In this document: positions 22,536-38,427 of the stretch, in pieces | Layout of the letters: each line of letters opens with the position of its first letter | How positions within the stretch are numbered: the stretch's first letter is position 1 | Assembly (NCBI GenBank): GCA_002269645.1 | Contig: NIVC01002598.1 | Coordinates: 1 to 64,000 of the forward strand | From: Macrostomum lignano | Taxonomy: Eukaryota | Length of the DNA stretch: 64,000 bases | Reading direction: 5' to 3' | Notes under the pieces: generated by a model | What the model was told of the DNA's origin: nothing | Databases searched by the model: none | The model's input: only the letters and a program-made list of their open reading frames with translations | Program-made: the position numbers and the translations under genes

Positions 22536-23339
22536 TAAGACACTAAGACACTAAGACATTAAGTACAGACCATGGTCTATCCTATCGTTCTAATCACTAG
22601 CTTTTCTCTCAACCCAGCCTTCACTCCCCTGTTTCCTTAATTAACCACGTGAATACCCTCGTAAAGCAATTAGCCTAGCCGAGCAGCAGGTGTTCTAAAA
22701 TTAGCATCAGCAGCGCGGGGCAGAAGTTGCCATTCTCTACAATACTAGCTGATGCTTGATTATTTAAATTTTACCGCCACGTAATTGATTTTAAATCGGT
22801 AAGAAAATGGGGTTGAAATCATTTGTTTGGTTAAATAAATTCAGCAGTTATTATTTAAATTATTCTTATTCCTAAGCACATCTGCAAAACAGAAGGAATT
22901 TTGGCTGTTTCTAAAAATGAATTTTACTCTCTCTCGAGAGAACTTTGTTATCAGAATGCAATGATTACATTTCTGATAGCTAATGACGTAGGCAAGTTCA
23001 TAGTGCCTTTCTAATTATATTCCACCATATACCTTACTAACTGGGTGGGTCCAGAAGTCCTGGGAGGCTTGGTGGTATTAAACTGCCTGTAGATCAACCT
23101 GCATGGCCCACATTTTTATGCTGAATCATTGAGATTCTGCGCTTTGGTACTTAATTACAGGATTTATTGTTTAGCAGGGGAATTTCAGCCGTCTCTCTAT
23201 TAGGTAAGTTATCGATCATTTTTACCTGAGCTTGTCAATGCTGATCATGCTACTGATTTGAGTTGTCACTTACTAAATTCACTGTGCTCAAGGATGTTTC
23301 TCATTCTGAGTATACTCATGATACTGAGTACTGTACGAG

Positions 23340-24853
23340 CATAATGATGATTAGATCAATTTGAGTGATTCTCTATGTGAGTGTGGTGATGATTAGACCC
23401 ATTCGAGTGATTATCTATCGGAGTATGATAATGATTAAATCAATTTGAGTGATTTTCTGAGTATGATGATGATTAGATCAATTTGAGTGATTTTCTGAGT
23501 ATGATAATGATTAGATTAATCTGAGTGATTTTCTGAGTATGATGATGATTAGATCAATTTGAGTGATTTTCTAAGTATGATGATGATTAGATCAATTTGA
23601 GTGATTTTCTGAGTATGATGATGATTAGATCAATTTGAGTGACAGATCAATTTGAGTGATTCTCTATCTGATTGTGATGATGATTAGATCAATTTAAGAG
23701 ATTCTCTATCGGAGTATGATAATGATTAGATTAATCTGAGTGATTTTCTGAGTATGATGATGATTAGATCAATTTGAGTGATTATCTATCTATCTAGATA
23801 TGATGATTAGATCAATTTGAGTGACAGATCAATTTGAGTGATTCTCTATCTGCGTGTGCTGATGATTGGATCGATTTAAGAGATTCTCTATCGGAGTCTG
23901 ATAATGATTCAATTTGAGTGATTTTCTGAGTATGATGATGATTAGATCAATTTGAGTGATTATCTGAGTATGATGATGATTAGATCAATTTGAGTGATTT
24001 TCTAAGTATGATGATGATTAGATCAATTTGAGTGATTATCTATCTATCTAGGTATGATGATTAGATCAATTTCAGTGATTTTCTGAGTATGATGATGATT
24101 AGATCAATTTGAGTGATTTTCTGAGTATGATAATGATTAGATTAATTTGAGTGATTTTCTGAGTATGATAATGATTAGATTAATCTGAGTGATTTTCTGA
24201 GTATGATGATGATTAGATCAATTTGAGTGATTTTCTGAGTATGATAATGATTAGATTAATCTGAGTGATTTTCTGAGTATGATAATGATTAGATTAATCT
24301 GAGTGATTTTCTGAGTATGATGATGATTAGATCAATTTGAGTGATTTTCTGAGTATGATGATGATTAGATCAATTTGAGTGATTATCTGAGTATGATGAT
24401 GATTAGATCAATTTGAGTGATTTTCTGAGTATGATGATGATTAGATCAATTTGAGTGATTTTCTGAGTATGATGATGATTAGATCAATTTGAGTGATTAT
24501 CTATCTATCTAGGTATGATGATTAGATCAATTTCAGTGATTTTCTGAGTATGATGATGATTAGATCAATTTGAGTGATTTTCTGAGTATGATAATGATTA
24601 GATTAATTTGAGTGATTTTCTGAGTATGATAATGATTAAATCAATTTGAGTGATTTTCTGAGTATGATGATGATTAGATCAATTTGAGTGATTTTCTGAG
24701 TATGATGATGATTAGATCAATCTGAGTGATTTTCTGAGTATGATGATGATTAGATCAATTTGAGTGATTTTCTGAGTATGATGATGATTAGATCAATTTG
24801 AGTGATTATCTATCTATCTAGGTATGATGATTAGATCAATTTGAGTGATTCTA
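23340..24853. repeat. 38-bp satellite, about 1.5 kb
   Basis: Unit gagtatgatgatgattagatcaatttgagtgattttct with variant units. Confidence 0.97.
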
Positions 24854-27800
24854 ATTTCCGGTTATCCTGTTGATTATAGATTATTTTAGGGATTCTCATT
24901 CTTAATATAGCTCTGGTATCACATTGTCAGCTTATTTATGCTAGTAATAATGCTATCCATTGGAGTGCTACTGTGATCATGTGATTATAGTGCGATGCTC
25001 CTGCACAAGGCACCGACAAAGTTGTCTATATTTTGTGGAAAAAGATTTCACCGCATGGTATCCAAGTTGCATGAAAATATTTATTAAAGTACTTTTATAT
25101 AAAAAATAAGAACTTTGGCTTGATAATTTGGCCAACTGGTCAAGCTCTTAGCCAGCAGGCAAATGAAGAATACACAAGTCTGTTGTTTTTTTCAAAATTA
25201 ACGACACACTTGCTCTGAACTCTGAACTCAGGCTGAAGTGAGCACTCAGACAGCAACTAGGCTATTGGCTGAAGTTGAAATTTTAAAGAAAAAATCTTTT
25301 TTAAGAAATAAACTTCGTTTAGAAAGACAGGAAAGATGGTGAGGGAATATGGAAAGCGAAGTTCGGAAAAGGTGGCGTGACGAACTCGAATTGCAGTGGC
25401 GCAGCTCAAGTTGGTGGTCGAAAAAATATTTTCAAAGGCTTTTTTTTGAGAGTAGCAACGTTCGGAGGGGTTTAGCGTTTGACGCAAACTTGTTTTCATG
25501 ACGCAAGATTTAACAAAAATAGCGTTTTCTCGAATGAACTTGCGACTAGCGAACTGACTATTAATCCCGACGCCTAATCCTGACCAAAAGCAAGGTGTGC
25601 CTCAATTGAGGATCTTTTTCCCTTTTGTGTCGTAGCTGCACCCGCCATCTTCTCAGCCTCGCCATTTATCTTAATGTTTTTCCAAGGACAACTTAAGTAG
25701 AAGGACGCAACACTCGAAATCTATGGTAAATGTTTTGAAGGCAACTTTCGCCGAAAAATACACTACAGAGATAGGAGGATATGTTACTTAAGTAGTCCTT
25801 GTGTTTTTCCTGTTCTAGTAAGTAAATATATACATAACATGAAGGACAGGGGGGGGGCAATTAAAAATTGCCCCCCCCCAATTTTTTTTTAACGCATTTA
25901 AAAAATTATGTAGCATGAAAAAACTCGTTGCTGTCGAGAATTCGGAGTTCAGCATCACAAACTCAAAACGAACTGTCTCGATGACAGAAAAATTTTATTA
26001 CTTTTGATGAAATATTTTTTTACAAATGTACAGCAGATGCTTTTATTACGTTTATGAAGTTCAGAATAACAGCTTGAGAGTGCTGTATTTTCAACAAAAT
26101 TTTATTGGCTATTGTCTGCAATGCATTTAAACTGCGCGTGTTCAAAGAAAAACAAAGGCTACAGAAAAGTGCAAAAAACAAGTTTGAAAGAAAGTTCATT
26201 TTCAACTTGAGTTGCTTTTTTGCTTGGCCCAAAAGCGAACTTTGCTAGCTGGAGATGGGCTTATACAGAGCCACGTGGGGTAGATATGCTGCACAAGTAC
26301 AAGTAATAGCCTATTGCCAGAGAGGTTGAATTCACTTATTCTAGGCTCTTTCAATCTTGCATCTTAATTTTGTTAATATGTTCACCTGACCAGTGCGATG
26401 CTGGTTTAAAATATAATCTGTAAATGACAATTACAATACATGCCGGATATTCATATGTTGGTAGGTAGGCCATCAAAAAACGTTGGAAAAATTATTCCTG
26501 TACTTATGCAACCCGTACTGCATTTCCAGGAAAGTTATTATTTTCTTACTTCGTTTGCAGAACTCAAGGCTTGACTCAGCTCGATGGGCCAGCTGGAGTC
26601 GCCGCCGACGTCTCAATGCCTCTCGGCATCGGCAAAAAGCGACTTATGACAGCAGACTCGACCAAAACATCTCTTTTATCAATCATCAAGTGAGCACTGT
26701 TGCTGTTGCCGTTGCTATTTACTCAGCACATGGACTGCTTCAGAAGATGCACTGTCGGAATCTACGTCACGGATCTTTCTTACCAGCAGCATCCAGCAGA
26801 ATTAGTGGGGGACTTCCAACCAACGTGTATGTATGTTACCGCGGTAAGTCCGTGACGTGCTGGTGAGGTAAAGCTCAGATTCTTTTATGTTGCAAGTGCT
26901 GAAGTTGAGAAGTTAGGATAAGCAGCACTGAAGTTGGCCTAATATGCAATTTTCGTGTATAGAAAGTTCCTCGAAGGTTCGTTTTTAGACTGGATAGCTA
27001 GCTCGTAAAATAATGATAATTATAGCTAGCTAGAGACCAATATTAACAAAGTCAAATGTCATTCACACGTACTCTGTTACGTTGAAAAGACTACAGCGTT
27101 TCAAATTTCGTCTTATTGTAAGACAAGAGCTCAACCTTTTAATGACACTTTTCCTGCACCCAGCTGCTGCTTGATGCTCATCCTTGAAAGCTGTCTCAGA
27201 ATTTTGTTAGTATGCTTGTGCTCTATATTAATTGAATATCCTTTGTATTAGTCAATGTGCAAATTTCAATGACAATATTCTTCATACATGTAATTAGTTG
27301 TTCATTTGGTTGGTTTCTTGTTTCATAGATACCGGTAGGCGTTCTAATTGTGTCTTGATCATTATCTGTGCTGCAGGACAATTGAAAAGTTGTCCAAACC
27401 AATAATCACACTATTCTTTGGTTCCCAACTCAAAATTAAATTTAGCACAGTCTCGCAAATCTACGAGCTAGCAAAATTTGCTAACGCTTTCGTCGCTTGC
27501 TTCAGATGGATGCTTTAGGTCCGGCACTAGTCGAACAACAGCAACAATGAAGACTTGTTTGTCGTTATACAGGTCGAACATTCATCGTTATGTTACATCA
27601 ACATAAATATACAGGTAGATCATTTTACGTCGTCGTTACGCTTTGGTCAAAGCATGTCGACGCAGCTGCAACAACAAGTCGAAACAGCAATGATAAGCGA
27701 ATCCTATATAGCAACGCCAAAATCATTACGGAATAGACTCTCAAGCATTTAAATGTCTAGATGGAGTGGTTGCATCCGCAAAAACGATACTCGAACAAGA

Positions 27801-27899
27801 ACAACAGGAACAACTAAAGACGCATCCCAGAGGTCCTTAGTTCAGGGTGAAGTGTCAGACGACGCGCTGCGGCGCCAATGAGCGAACGAATTCAGCCCA

Positions 27900-28850
27900 G
27901 TTGACGGTGTAAAGTGCTCAGAATACAGTCCACATACTGTATAACTCCTGGAGTTGTCTTGAAGAAGTCGAGGCAGTTTCGATCTCGGCCAGTGCAATGT
28001 GAACTCTCTTGTACAGGGCCTCGGTCCGGACGCTCTCGTCCATTTGGGAAGGCCGCACGGAACAGCCCTAGAGAGCGCCTAGTCAAGCTGTCGCTTCAGC
28101 GTTGCCATCACCTGCCACAGCCAAGCCGCTCTAGGAGTCAGCTTTGGGCTGGCTGCCTAGGCAAGTTGATGTCCTCTTTTACTATAGGCGCCAGGCCGTT
28201 GAAAAATCAACGCGTCAGTTTGGCCTAATACGAGTACAGGGAGTCCCATATGAAGTGCCAGGTTTAAATTTTTTCTCTGAAATGAAATTTAATCACAAGA
28301 TGGGCACATATCTGTATATACGATTTGATTGTCTGAAGTTTCATCAAAATCGGCTTAAATTCAGTTCAGTTGTCACTTCAGCATGGCCTCCATTTTTCTC
28401 GATAGGCTGCTCTAAGCGCCCGCGACATGCCAGAGAAGTTTTCTTACACATTTCAAGTGTTATCAATTCAAAAGGGTCAGTATAAACCTGTCCTTCAATT
28501 CTTCAATTGTCCTAGGTCGCGTTGTATACACTTTCGACTTAATAAATCCCCGCATAAAAATCGCAAGGAGTAAGGTCCGGCGAACATGGCGGCCAGGGCA
28601 TGTTTGGTGAACCGCGCCCCACCTGTCACTGTGGAATTTTTGCACTCAGCCTTGCGGCACAACAATAGAGTAGGTAAAGTTTCAATAGAACTTATTGCTG
28701 GAGACAAAATAATTCCACTTGGAAATCTGGCACAACAGTTTGGCACCACCTCGACCAGCTGGTCTATCTGGCATTGAGCGCCTTCAACAGACGAGGGTAG
28801 GAGGGCCAAGCGCGGCACTCAGGCCATCCAGTCCAGGAACGGGACATGGC
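27900..28850 (-). pseudogene. Heavily decayed gypsy RT relic, interrupted by a mariner relic
   Basis: QIDQLVEV..PSG (28680-28800), LAPIVK (about 28180), GLFR..FP and PGVIQYVDCIL (27920-28080) resemble successive RT motifs. Confidence 0.45.
28236..28645 (-). mobile_element. Tc1/mariner transposon 3' relic
   Basis: PDLTPCDF../GFIKSKVYTTRPRTIEELK transposase C-terminus; terminal TA-CAGGGAGTCCCA TIR-like end near 28237. Confidence 0.7.
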
Positions 28851-29261
28851 GTCACCAAAGCGCTCGTATCATGATAGAGTCACGCCAACCGTCATTTTAG
28901 AAAGAAAAATGAAGTCTCATCGACGACAAGGCACTTCAGAGCACTTTTCATCTGATAGATCTTCCAAGCAGAGGCATCTGCAGAAAGGACTCCTTCAAAA
29001 CCTTTACCCAATCAATGTTTGCATGAGCATGCGTTGGTAGTAATTCAGGACATTTCAAAGCGCAGCAATTGAACGCAAGCTAAGCTACCTGCCCGGCAAT
29101 CTCGCTGATTTGCGAGTAGACAATACTTAACAGCAGATGTCGCATCTGTCGTCCAGAGTTTCGCATAAAAAGTTTTCTCCAGATCACAGGTCTATCTAGT
29201 TATTTTTAACGCTTGTCAAAATTGCATTCATTGATACTCCTTCTTAGCCGTGCATCCTCTT

Positions 29262-29350
29262 TCAGCCGCGTATCAATCCTCCTTCAGCCGTGTATCAATC
29301 CTCTTTCAGCCGCGTATCAATCCTCCTTCAGCCGTGTATCAATCCTTTTT
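29262..29350. repeat. About 22-bp tandem repeat (cagccgcgtatcaatcctcctt)
   Basis: About 4 copies. Confidence 0.8.
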
Positions 29351-30004
29351 TAGCCGCGCCCCAGCTATCTGTTTCTGAATGAGCTCCCTTTTTAGCTTCA
29401 ATTTTTGCGAAGGTTATAAGTCTTGGTCAGTCAAGAAGGTTGCATGACAACTTTTTAAAGAAGAACGGCTAAAATTCGATAAGTCTAGCTTTTTAATAGT
29501 AATAAATCTTTCCAATTTCTGTACAAAAATTAAAAAATTTCTGTACAAAACATAAATAAAGAGGGGAAGTATGCTCGTGTTGATAATTATTTTGAAAAAA
29601 ACCCTATCAGTGGAAGATTCTATCTGCCTGTCTAAAAATAGCAACAATCCAGTCTGTTAAATACCATGCCAACCCCAACCCCTAAACAGAAGCCGGAATT
29701 ATATGAGCCACCCTAAGCATTTCGAGATCAAGATTTTGTTTCCAAAAATAACGACAATTCCATTAAGCATCAGCAAATCGGAGGCCTTCGGTGCAACCCC
29801 CTCCAGCCACCCCTGGCGACCGTCTTGTCTATATAAACCCGATCAAATTCTATATAAAATTAGCATCGCTTTTCTTTCTACCAGGAGGTAAGAAGCTGTG
29901 GTTGGCGGATTGTTTAGCTACCTCGTTTCTTCGCTAAGGCTCATCTTGTTGCTAAAATTAGCACCTGCGTACATACTTGACCGGCTTTTTCTAACCGAAA
30001 AGAG

Positions 30005-32314
<2,310 letters not shown>

Positions 32315-32939
32315 CTGTACAGGCAGCTCTGCTTTCTCTTCTCACCCGATGCACTGCTGCGTACTGTAGGGAACTGAGTGGCTTGGAAGACTCACCGGTC
32401 ATATTTTCTACAATTTCTACGCTTTCTTACACTGTATATTCCTTTCATCAACCATTTGCAGCAGACTCAACACTTGCGTTCAGGAAAGTCAGGAAGTAGG
32501 ATTTTTGCCTCGGGCAGCTTGATGCATGTCTTCCCGATCCCTACCCTCTGATGCCGCCGGTGCCCTCCTTCGCTGCATGTCTGGCAGTTCGCACTAAACA
32601 GATTCAACATTCATATTATTTTTTGATTTAAAGTTTATGAGTTAGTTAGCTTTACCAAGATATTTTGTATCATGCTCTGATTAATAGTATTTTTTCTACA
32701 TTCTTCCTTAACCTTTTTCAACAAAAAACTTTACTCCACAAATTTTAGTTATTGAACTATCTAAAAAATTCAATCAACTTTTTACTGATATCATTAAAAC
32801 TCTGTAAGTTGTCAATTTAAAATTGGCTGCTGCAAGCACTTAGTGCCATGTAAATAAACACCTGATGATGGACAGGTAGCGCATCAAGTCTTGATAATTC
32901 TAGCATGAACTATCTAATGGCTAAGTGAGACTAAAATAA

Positions 32940-33625
<686 letters not shown>

Positions 33626-33873
33626 GTGATCAATTCTGATTACGTGTGCGTCTTGCAAGAAAGCAGGAATGCAAGTAATTAAAAGCTATTTGTCTTGTCA
33701 AGCAACTACGACCGGTGTGTAACTGTAAACATCTTCCTGTCGACGCCCTAAACAGTGTAAATAGAGACTAGTTTCAATATAGGCTTCACCCCCACACCCC
33801 ATTCCCCCTTCCCACTCGGATCCTGATGGACCAATTAAGTTAGCTGGAAGTGAAAAAAACATGATAATGGGGG

Positions 33874-33975
33874 GTTAACTGGAAGAGAGAACTCCAGGCA
33901 ACGGCCAAAGCCACGAGCGGCGCTAGCCGCGAGTGGAAATTTGGCCGTTGCCTGGAGTTCTCTCTTCCAATTAAC
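33874..33975. repeat. Near-perfect hairpin: 36-bp inverted arms (35/36) around a partly palindromic 30-bp loop
   Basis: gttaactggaagagagaactccaggcaacggccaaa (33874-33909) / tttggccgttgcctggagttctctcttccaattaac (33940-33975). Confidence 0.95.
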
Positions 33976-34216
33976 TTCATTGCAGGAAATATCTATGGCA
34001 CGAATCGAAGTGGCCCAGAAGGAGGAGGCACAAACGTCTATGGCACGAAAGCCAAAAGGCGTGGAGAGTTCATGGCAATGACAATCCTATTGATTGAATG
34101 GAGGGTTGAAATGTCTATGGCAAAACTTTCAGTGGGGGTGAAGGGGTTTGTGTGAGGGATTCCCAGGCAGTAAGTAGTCTGTCCAAACCTGTTGATTCAA
34201 GAGTTTTCTGTCCATC

Positions 34217-35673
34217 ATGAGCGACCCGATAATACATTATATTAATTGGGGTAACCTCCCGTGTGAGGACCTCGGCAACATCACGCAGGATGAACTGAAC
34301 TTCCTCTCGGAATCCTCTGCCGTTGATCGGCACGACGAAGATTTCGATGCGTTCCTGAAGTATGTCCAAAATGGTCCAGCTGATACTGGGCTGCCAATGA
34401 TCGATGGAGATGAAAAGATAGACGTTTCCGAGATGGACAGAATCGAGATCGAGAGTCTGCCTGAGGATACTCGGAAGCAGATGTACCAGCATGGCCAACG
34501 TTTTCGAGACTTCCTGGAAGGGGAGAATCTGCGCAACATTCAGCATGTCAACAATCCTACATTGAACCAATATCTTCGGTACTTCTACTTCAAGCTGAAG
34601 AAACAGGATGGCTCGTTCTACTCGCCGGCCTCTCTCATCTGTATCCGGGCTGGAATTCAGCGTTTCCTACGCATGGTTCTGAAGCTGCCTGTCGATATAA
34701 TCGGTGGTGAGGAATTCAATTCCTGCAACGAGATGCTGCGTGTCAAGGTTCGTGATTTCCATCGAGATGGTGGCTGCACCAGGCAGTATGAACCAATTGA
34801 AGAAGGCGACATGCAGAAGTTGCGGTGCTACTTTGAAGGGACTACGGCTGAAATCGAGCAGGCTAAATTTCTGTTCTATGTTCTTTACTCCTTTGGAGAG
34901 CGTGGCCAGGAGCATCTGAAGTTCCTGAGACAAAGGGACTCGCTTGAATTGCACACGGATTCTGACGGCAAGGAGTACTACTGTCTTCCTGCTCTGCCAA
35001 CGAAGAATAAGTCAGCCGATCCTGTGAAGGCGAAGGCCAGGCCGGACAACAAACAAGCTCGGATCTACGACACGGCCAAAGTGAGGAGATATCTACAACT
35101 GCTACCTCCAACAACCAAGGACAACCATCTGTTCCCGCGTCCACTATCCAACACGGATTCCAATGGACAGCCTATGTTCTCAACAAAGCAGAATCGCGGG
35201 GAGAACTACTTCCTGCGTTTCATGCGAAACTTGAGCGAGAAGGCCGGTTTGTCCAAGATGTACACGAATCATTGCATTCGGTAAGCCTTTTTCTTCATAT
35301 TGCTTTAAACCAGTTGCATATTTTCTATGCAATACTTTATTTCTGTTGTAGAGTGAGCAGGATTGCTGATCTAGAGGCTGCTGGGTACAACCTGGCTGAC
35401 ATCATGTCGATAACCGGTCAGGTTTCTGAGAGGACAACTCGCCGTTACCTGTCCAAGCGCCGTGATCGCTCGCTGCAGTCTACCAGTGAGGCTGTTTCTA
35501 TGGCACTTGATTTGAATGGTTCTTCACAAGCTGTTGCGACTCCATTGCGTGAGAGTTCACCGGTGCCAGTACCTGTGTCGTCTTCCGTGCAGATCACCGG
35601 CATCAGTCATGACAATCCGTCGGTCAGGTACAGTTTCCACAACTGTTCATTCAATGGTTGCAAATTTGAGTAA
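34217..35673 (+). CDS. Tyrosine recombinase of Crypton/DUF3504 type, 2 exons, 461 aa
   Basis: Exons 34217-35280 and 35352-35673 (71-nt GT-AG intron). YSPASL..IRAGIQRFL, FGERGQEH (R), TKN (K), YTNHCIR (HxxR), ITGQVS (Q in place of H), RRY (Y). Confidence 0.85.
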
Positions 35674-37808
35674 TGGACTCAACCGTCGTATTTTCTGGAC
35701 TTTCTCCTGCTGTCGTGATGAGAACATGACCATAGGTTAGACTTGCACTCAATTGACTAAGCAGTGTTATTGTTGGAACATTTTTTGTTGGACTTCAATA
35801 AATATAAGAATTTCACGCTTCGTGTTACTTTTTTCGCCTATGGTATTGTTGTCCAGTCTTGTTTTTTTACCTCCAGAAAATGGCCGGTCATTGTCCGGAG
35901 GTCATTGCCATGAACAAATATTTCGGGCAATGTCTGTGTAATAGGATTTCGGTTCGGTACGGATATCGTATTAGTTGTTGTCGTTGGTGGTGGCACATTA
36001 TATAATAAATAAATAAAAAACAATCGAGACATTCATATAATTACATTTCATGTTTTACGTTTCGATTGCTCGATTGCTTGTTTCTGGTTACTGACTTAAT
36101 AAGTCAGGCGGTCTTGTGCTACACATTTGAGTAATAGTCTATGGCTACTTATGTTTCTGCATCGGATTAGTAGTTTGTACGCATCTATAATTCTACGCAG
36201 TTTAATTTCATAAAATCGCTGTTTGAGCATTCTGAGTAAGTTCTGTGGTTTTAACCTATTATTTGACTATTTAGTTGCTATTTTAGCCAAAAGCTAGAGT
36301 GCCGCAATTTATAGCTATTGGTAAATATTTAACTGAAAGGCAGCTTAAATGTCGATAACATCGATTTCTCTATAAAGAGCTGAGGCTAGATTTAACATGG
36401 GACTCCCATAATCTGTTCGCTCTCTGTTTCACAATTATTTTGACTACTGCTAAATCTGCAGCTAAATTGTACCTAGATTAGTGTATTAGAAACAACATAC
36501 GCTCGTAAAAAGGTTTTAGGTCAAAAAGGTTTAATTATCGATAACTTGCTCGAAGGCAGCGAGTTATGGTAAGATAAATAAAATCAGAGCTTTCTCACCT
36601 TGCTGTGTTGGCTACAAGTCAACAGACTAGGACTTGGGAAGATCTTTATTAAATTTACAGAAACTGACTGCGATATTTCACTCTGGGTGGAGTGGTCGGT
36701 GGGTACGCGGTTGGGATGGAGATGAATGCTAGAGAGACTCGATTTTTTAGAGTACATATAAATAGCGTCAGCCTGCCTATTCCGATTGTTATAGTCTATG
36801 GCTCTTCTTGCTTTGGTGAAGTTTAGAGGGAATGGACGGAACTGAAAGCTGATTGGCTACTGGATTTTCCTTTCCCTTTCAATTTCTTAGGGAGAGGAGT
36901 AACGGGGGAGAGGGGTAAAGGGGGAGAGGGGTAAGGGGGAGAGAGTTCAATCGATCGGAGGCTCGTCGCTTAACTAATGTGGGGTTGGCTGGTGGCGAGG
37001 AGAGGGGTAAATGGTCTTACGCTTGTAATGCTAAATGTTAATGACATTTACATTAAAAATTAATAGTCTATGGTCTCTGAAATTGACTTGAAAATCAGCG
37101 CTGTGAGAGAAAGCAGACAGACAGACGAATACACGCACAAATAAAGTTAAAATCACGAACCAGTAGTGCAATAAAATGGAAATAATGCATGTGTAAGTGC
37201 AGCAAAGTGCTCATGACATAATATAGCGCGCACTGAAGAAATGTAATATATTTATGGATCTGAAAATGAAATAGAACACAAAACAGTTAATGTCTTTTTT
37301 AATTGTAGAGAACAACAGTTAAAATGCTAATATTATAAAAACTATTCGCTTTACAAGCAACTGTCTATGGCTAAAGCTGGTGAGTTTTTACGGTTCGGGC
37401 GAGTAAAAATATAAATACATGGATACATGGTTGTGCATTCAAACAGTTGCATTTCTATGGCATAAAGTATGCATCGTAGAGTAAGCAGGATTGTGCCCAT
37501 GAACGGCGATTCTGCCCATTGCGCTGACTCCTGGGCACATTCAAGCGCGTCAATACTGTACGCAGGCACTCACTCATGCACACGCTCACACAGGGTGTAC
37601 AGCGGCCCTGACTTTATATTCATCAGGCAATGTACACTCTCTGTGCCTTAGGGGGGTTTGAATCGCCCGGCAACCCCGGCCAAGTTTTGTACATAGGCCC
37701 AAATTTATGACCGCACAGGGAATCAAACGGGGGGGGGGTCGCGGTGCGAGATTCAGACGCGTTTACCGCTAAGCTTCTCTGCCCCCAGTTTGCGTCCAGT
37801 CAAGTTAA

Positions 37809-38290
37809 CATAGCCATGAGTACATGGCTTTGAGTACATAGCGATGAGTACATAGCCATGAGTACAAAGCCATGAATACATAGCCATGAGTGCATAGCCA
37901 TGAGAGTACATAGCCATGAGTGCATAGCCATGAGTGCATAGCCATGAGAGTACATAGCCATGAGTACATAGCCATGAGTACAAAACCATGAATACATAGC
38001 CATGAATACATAGCCATGAGTACATAGCCATGAGTACAAAGCCATGAATACATAGCCATGAATACATAGCCATGAGTACATAGCCATGAGTACAAAACCA
38101 TGAATACATAGCCATGAGTGCATAGCCATGAGTACAAAGCCATGAATACATAGCCATGAATACATAGCCATGAGTACATAGCCATGAGTACAAAGCCATG
38201 AATACATAGCCATGAATACATAGCCATGAGTGCATAGCCATGAGTACATAGCCATGAGTACATAGCCATGAGTACACAGCCATGAGTACT
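37809..38290. repeat. Minisatellite based on 14-bp catagccatgagta
   Basis: Direct reading. Confidence 0.95.
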
Positions 38291-38427
38291 GCACAAACCC
38301 AGCGCTAGGGTCATAATTGATTTCTAAAACAAATCTCTAGAGTATGGTAGTATACATGATCTATTTTGTCAAGAAACAATATTTGCAGCTGCCGCAGATG
38401 CATCTACTGTTGTCACTGTCTGGTTGC

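Noticed and set aside
25848-25880. G9-CAATT-AAA-AATTG-C9 hairpin
   Set aside because: Resembles the subterminal GC hairpins of small DNA-transposon relics (similar fragments about 37720-37800 and 44200-44285); no element boundaries could be defined
26561-26689. Possible exon encoding ..MPLGIGKKR.. (third amidated peptide)
   Set aside because: Splice sites are plausible, but no signal-peptide exon or partner exons were found and one GKKR can occur by chance
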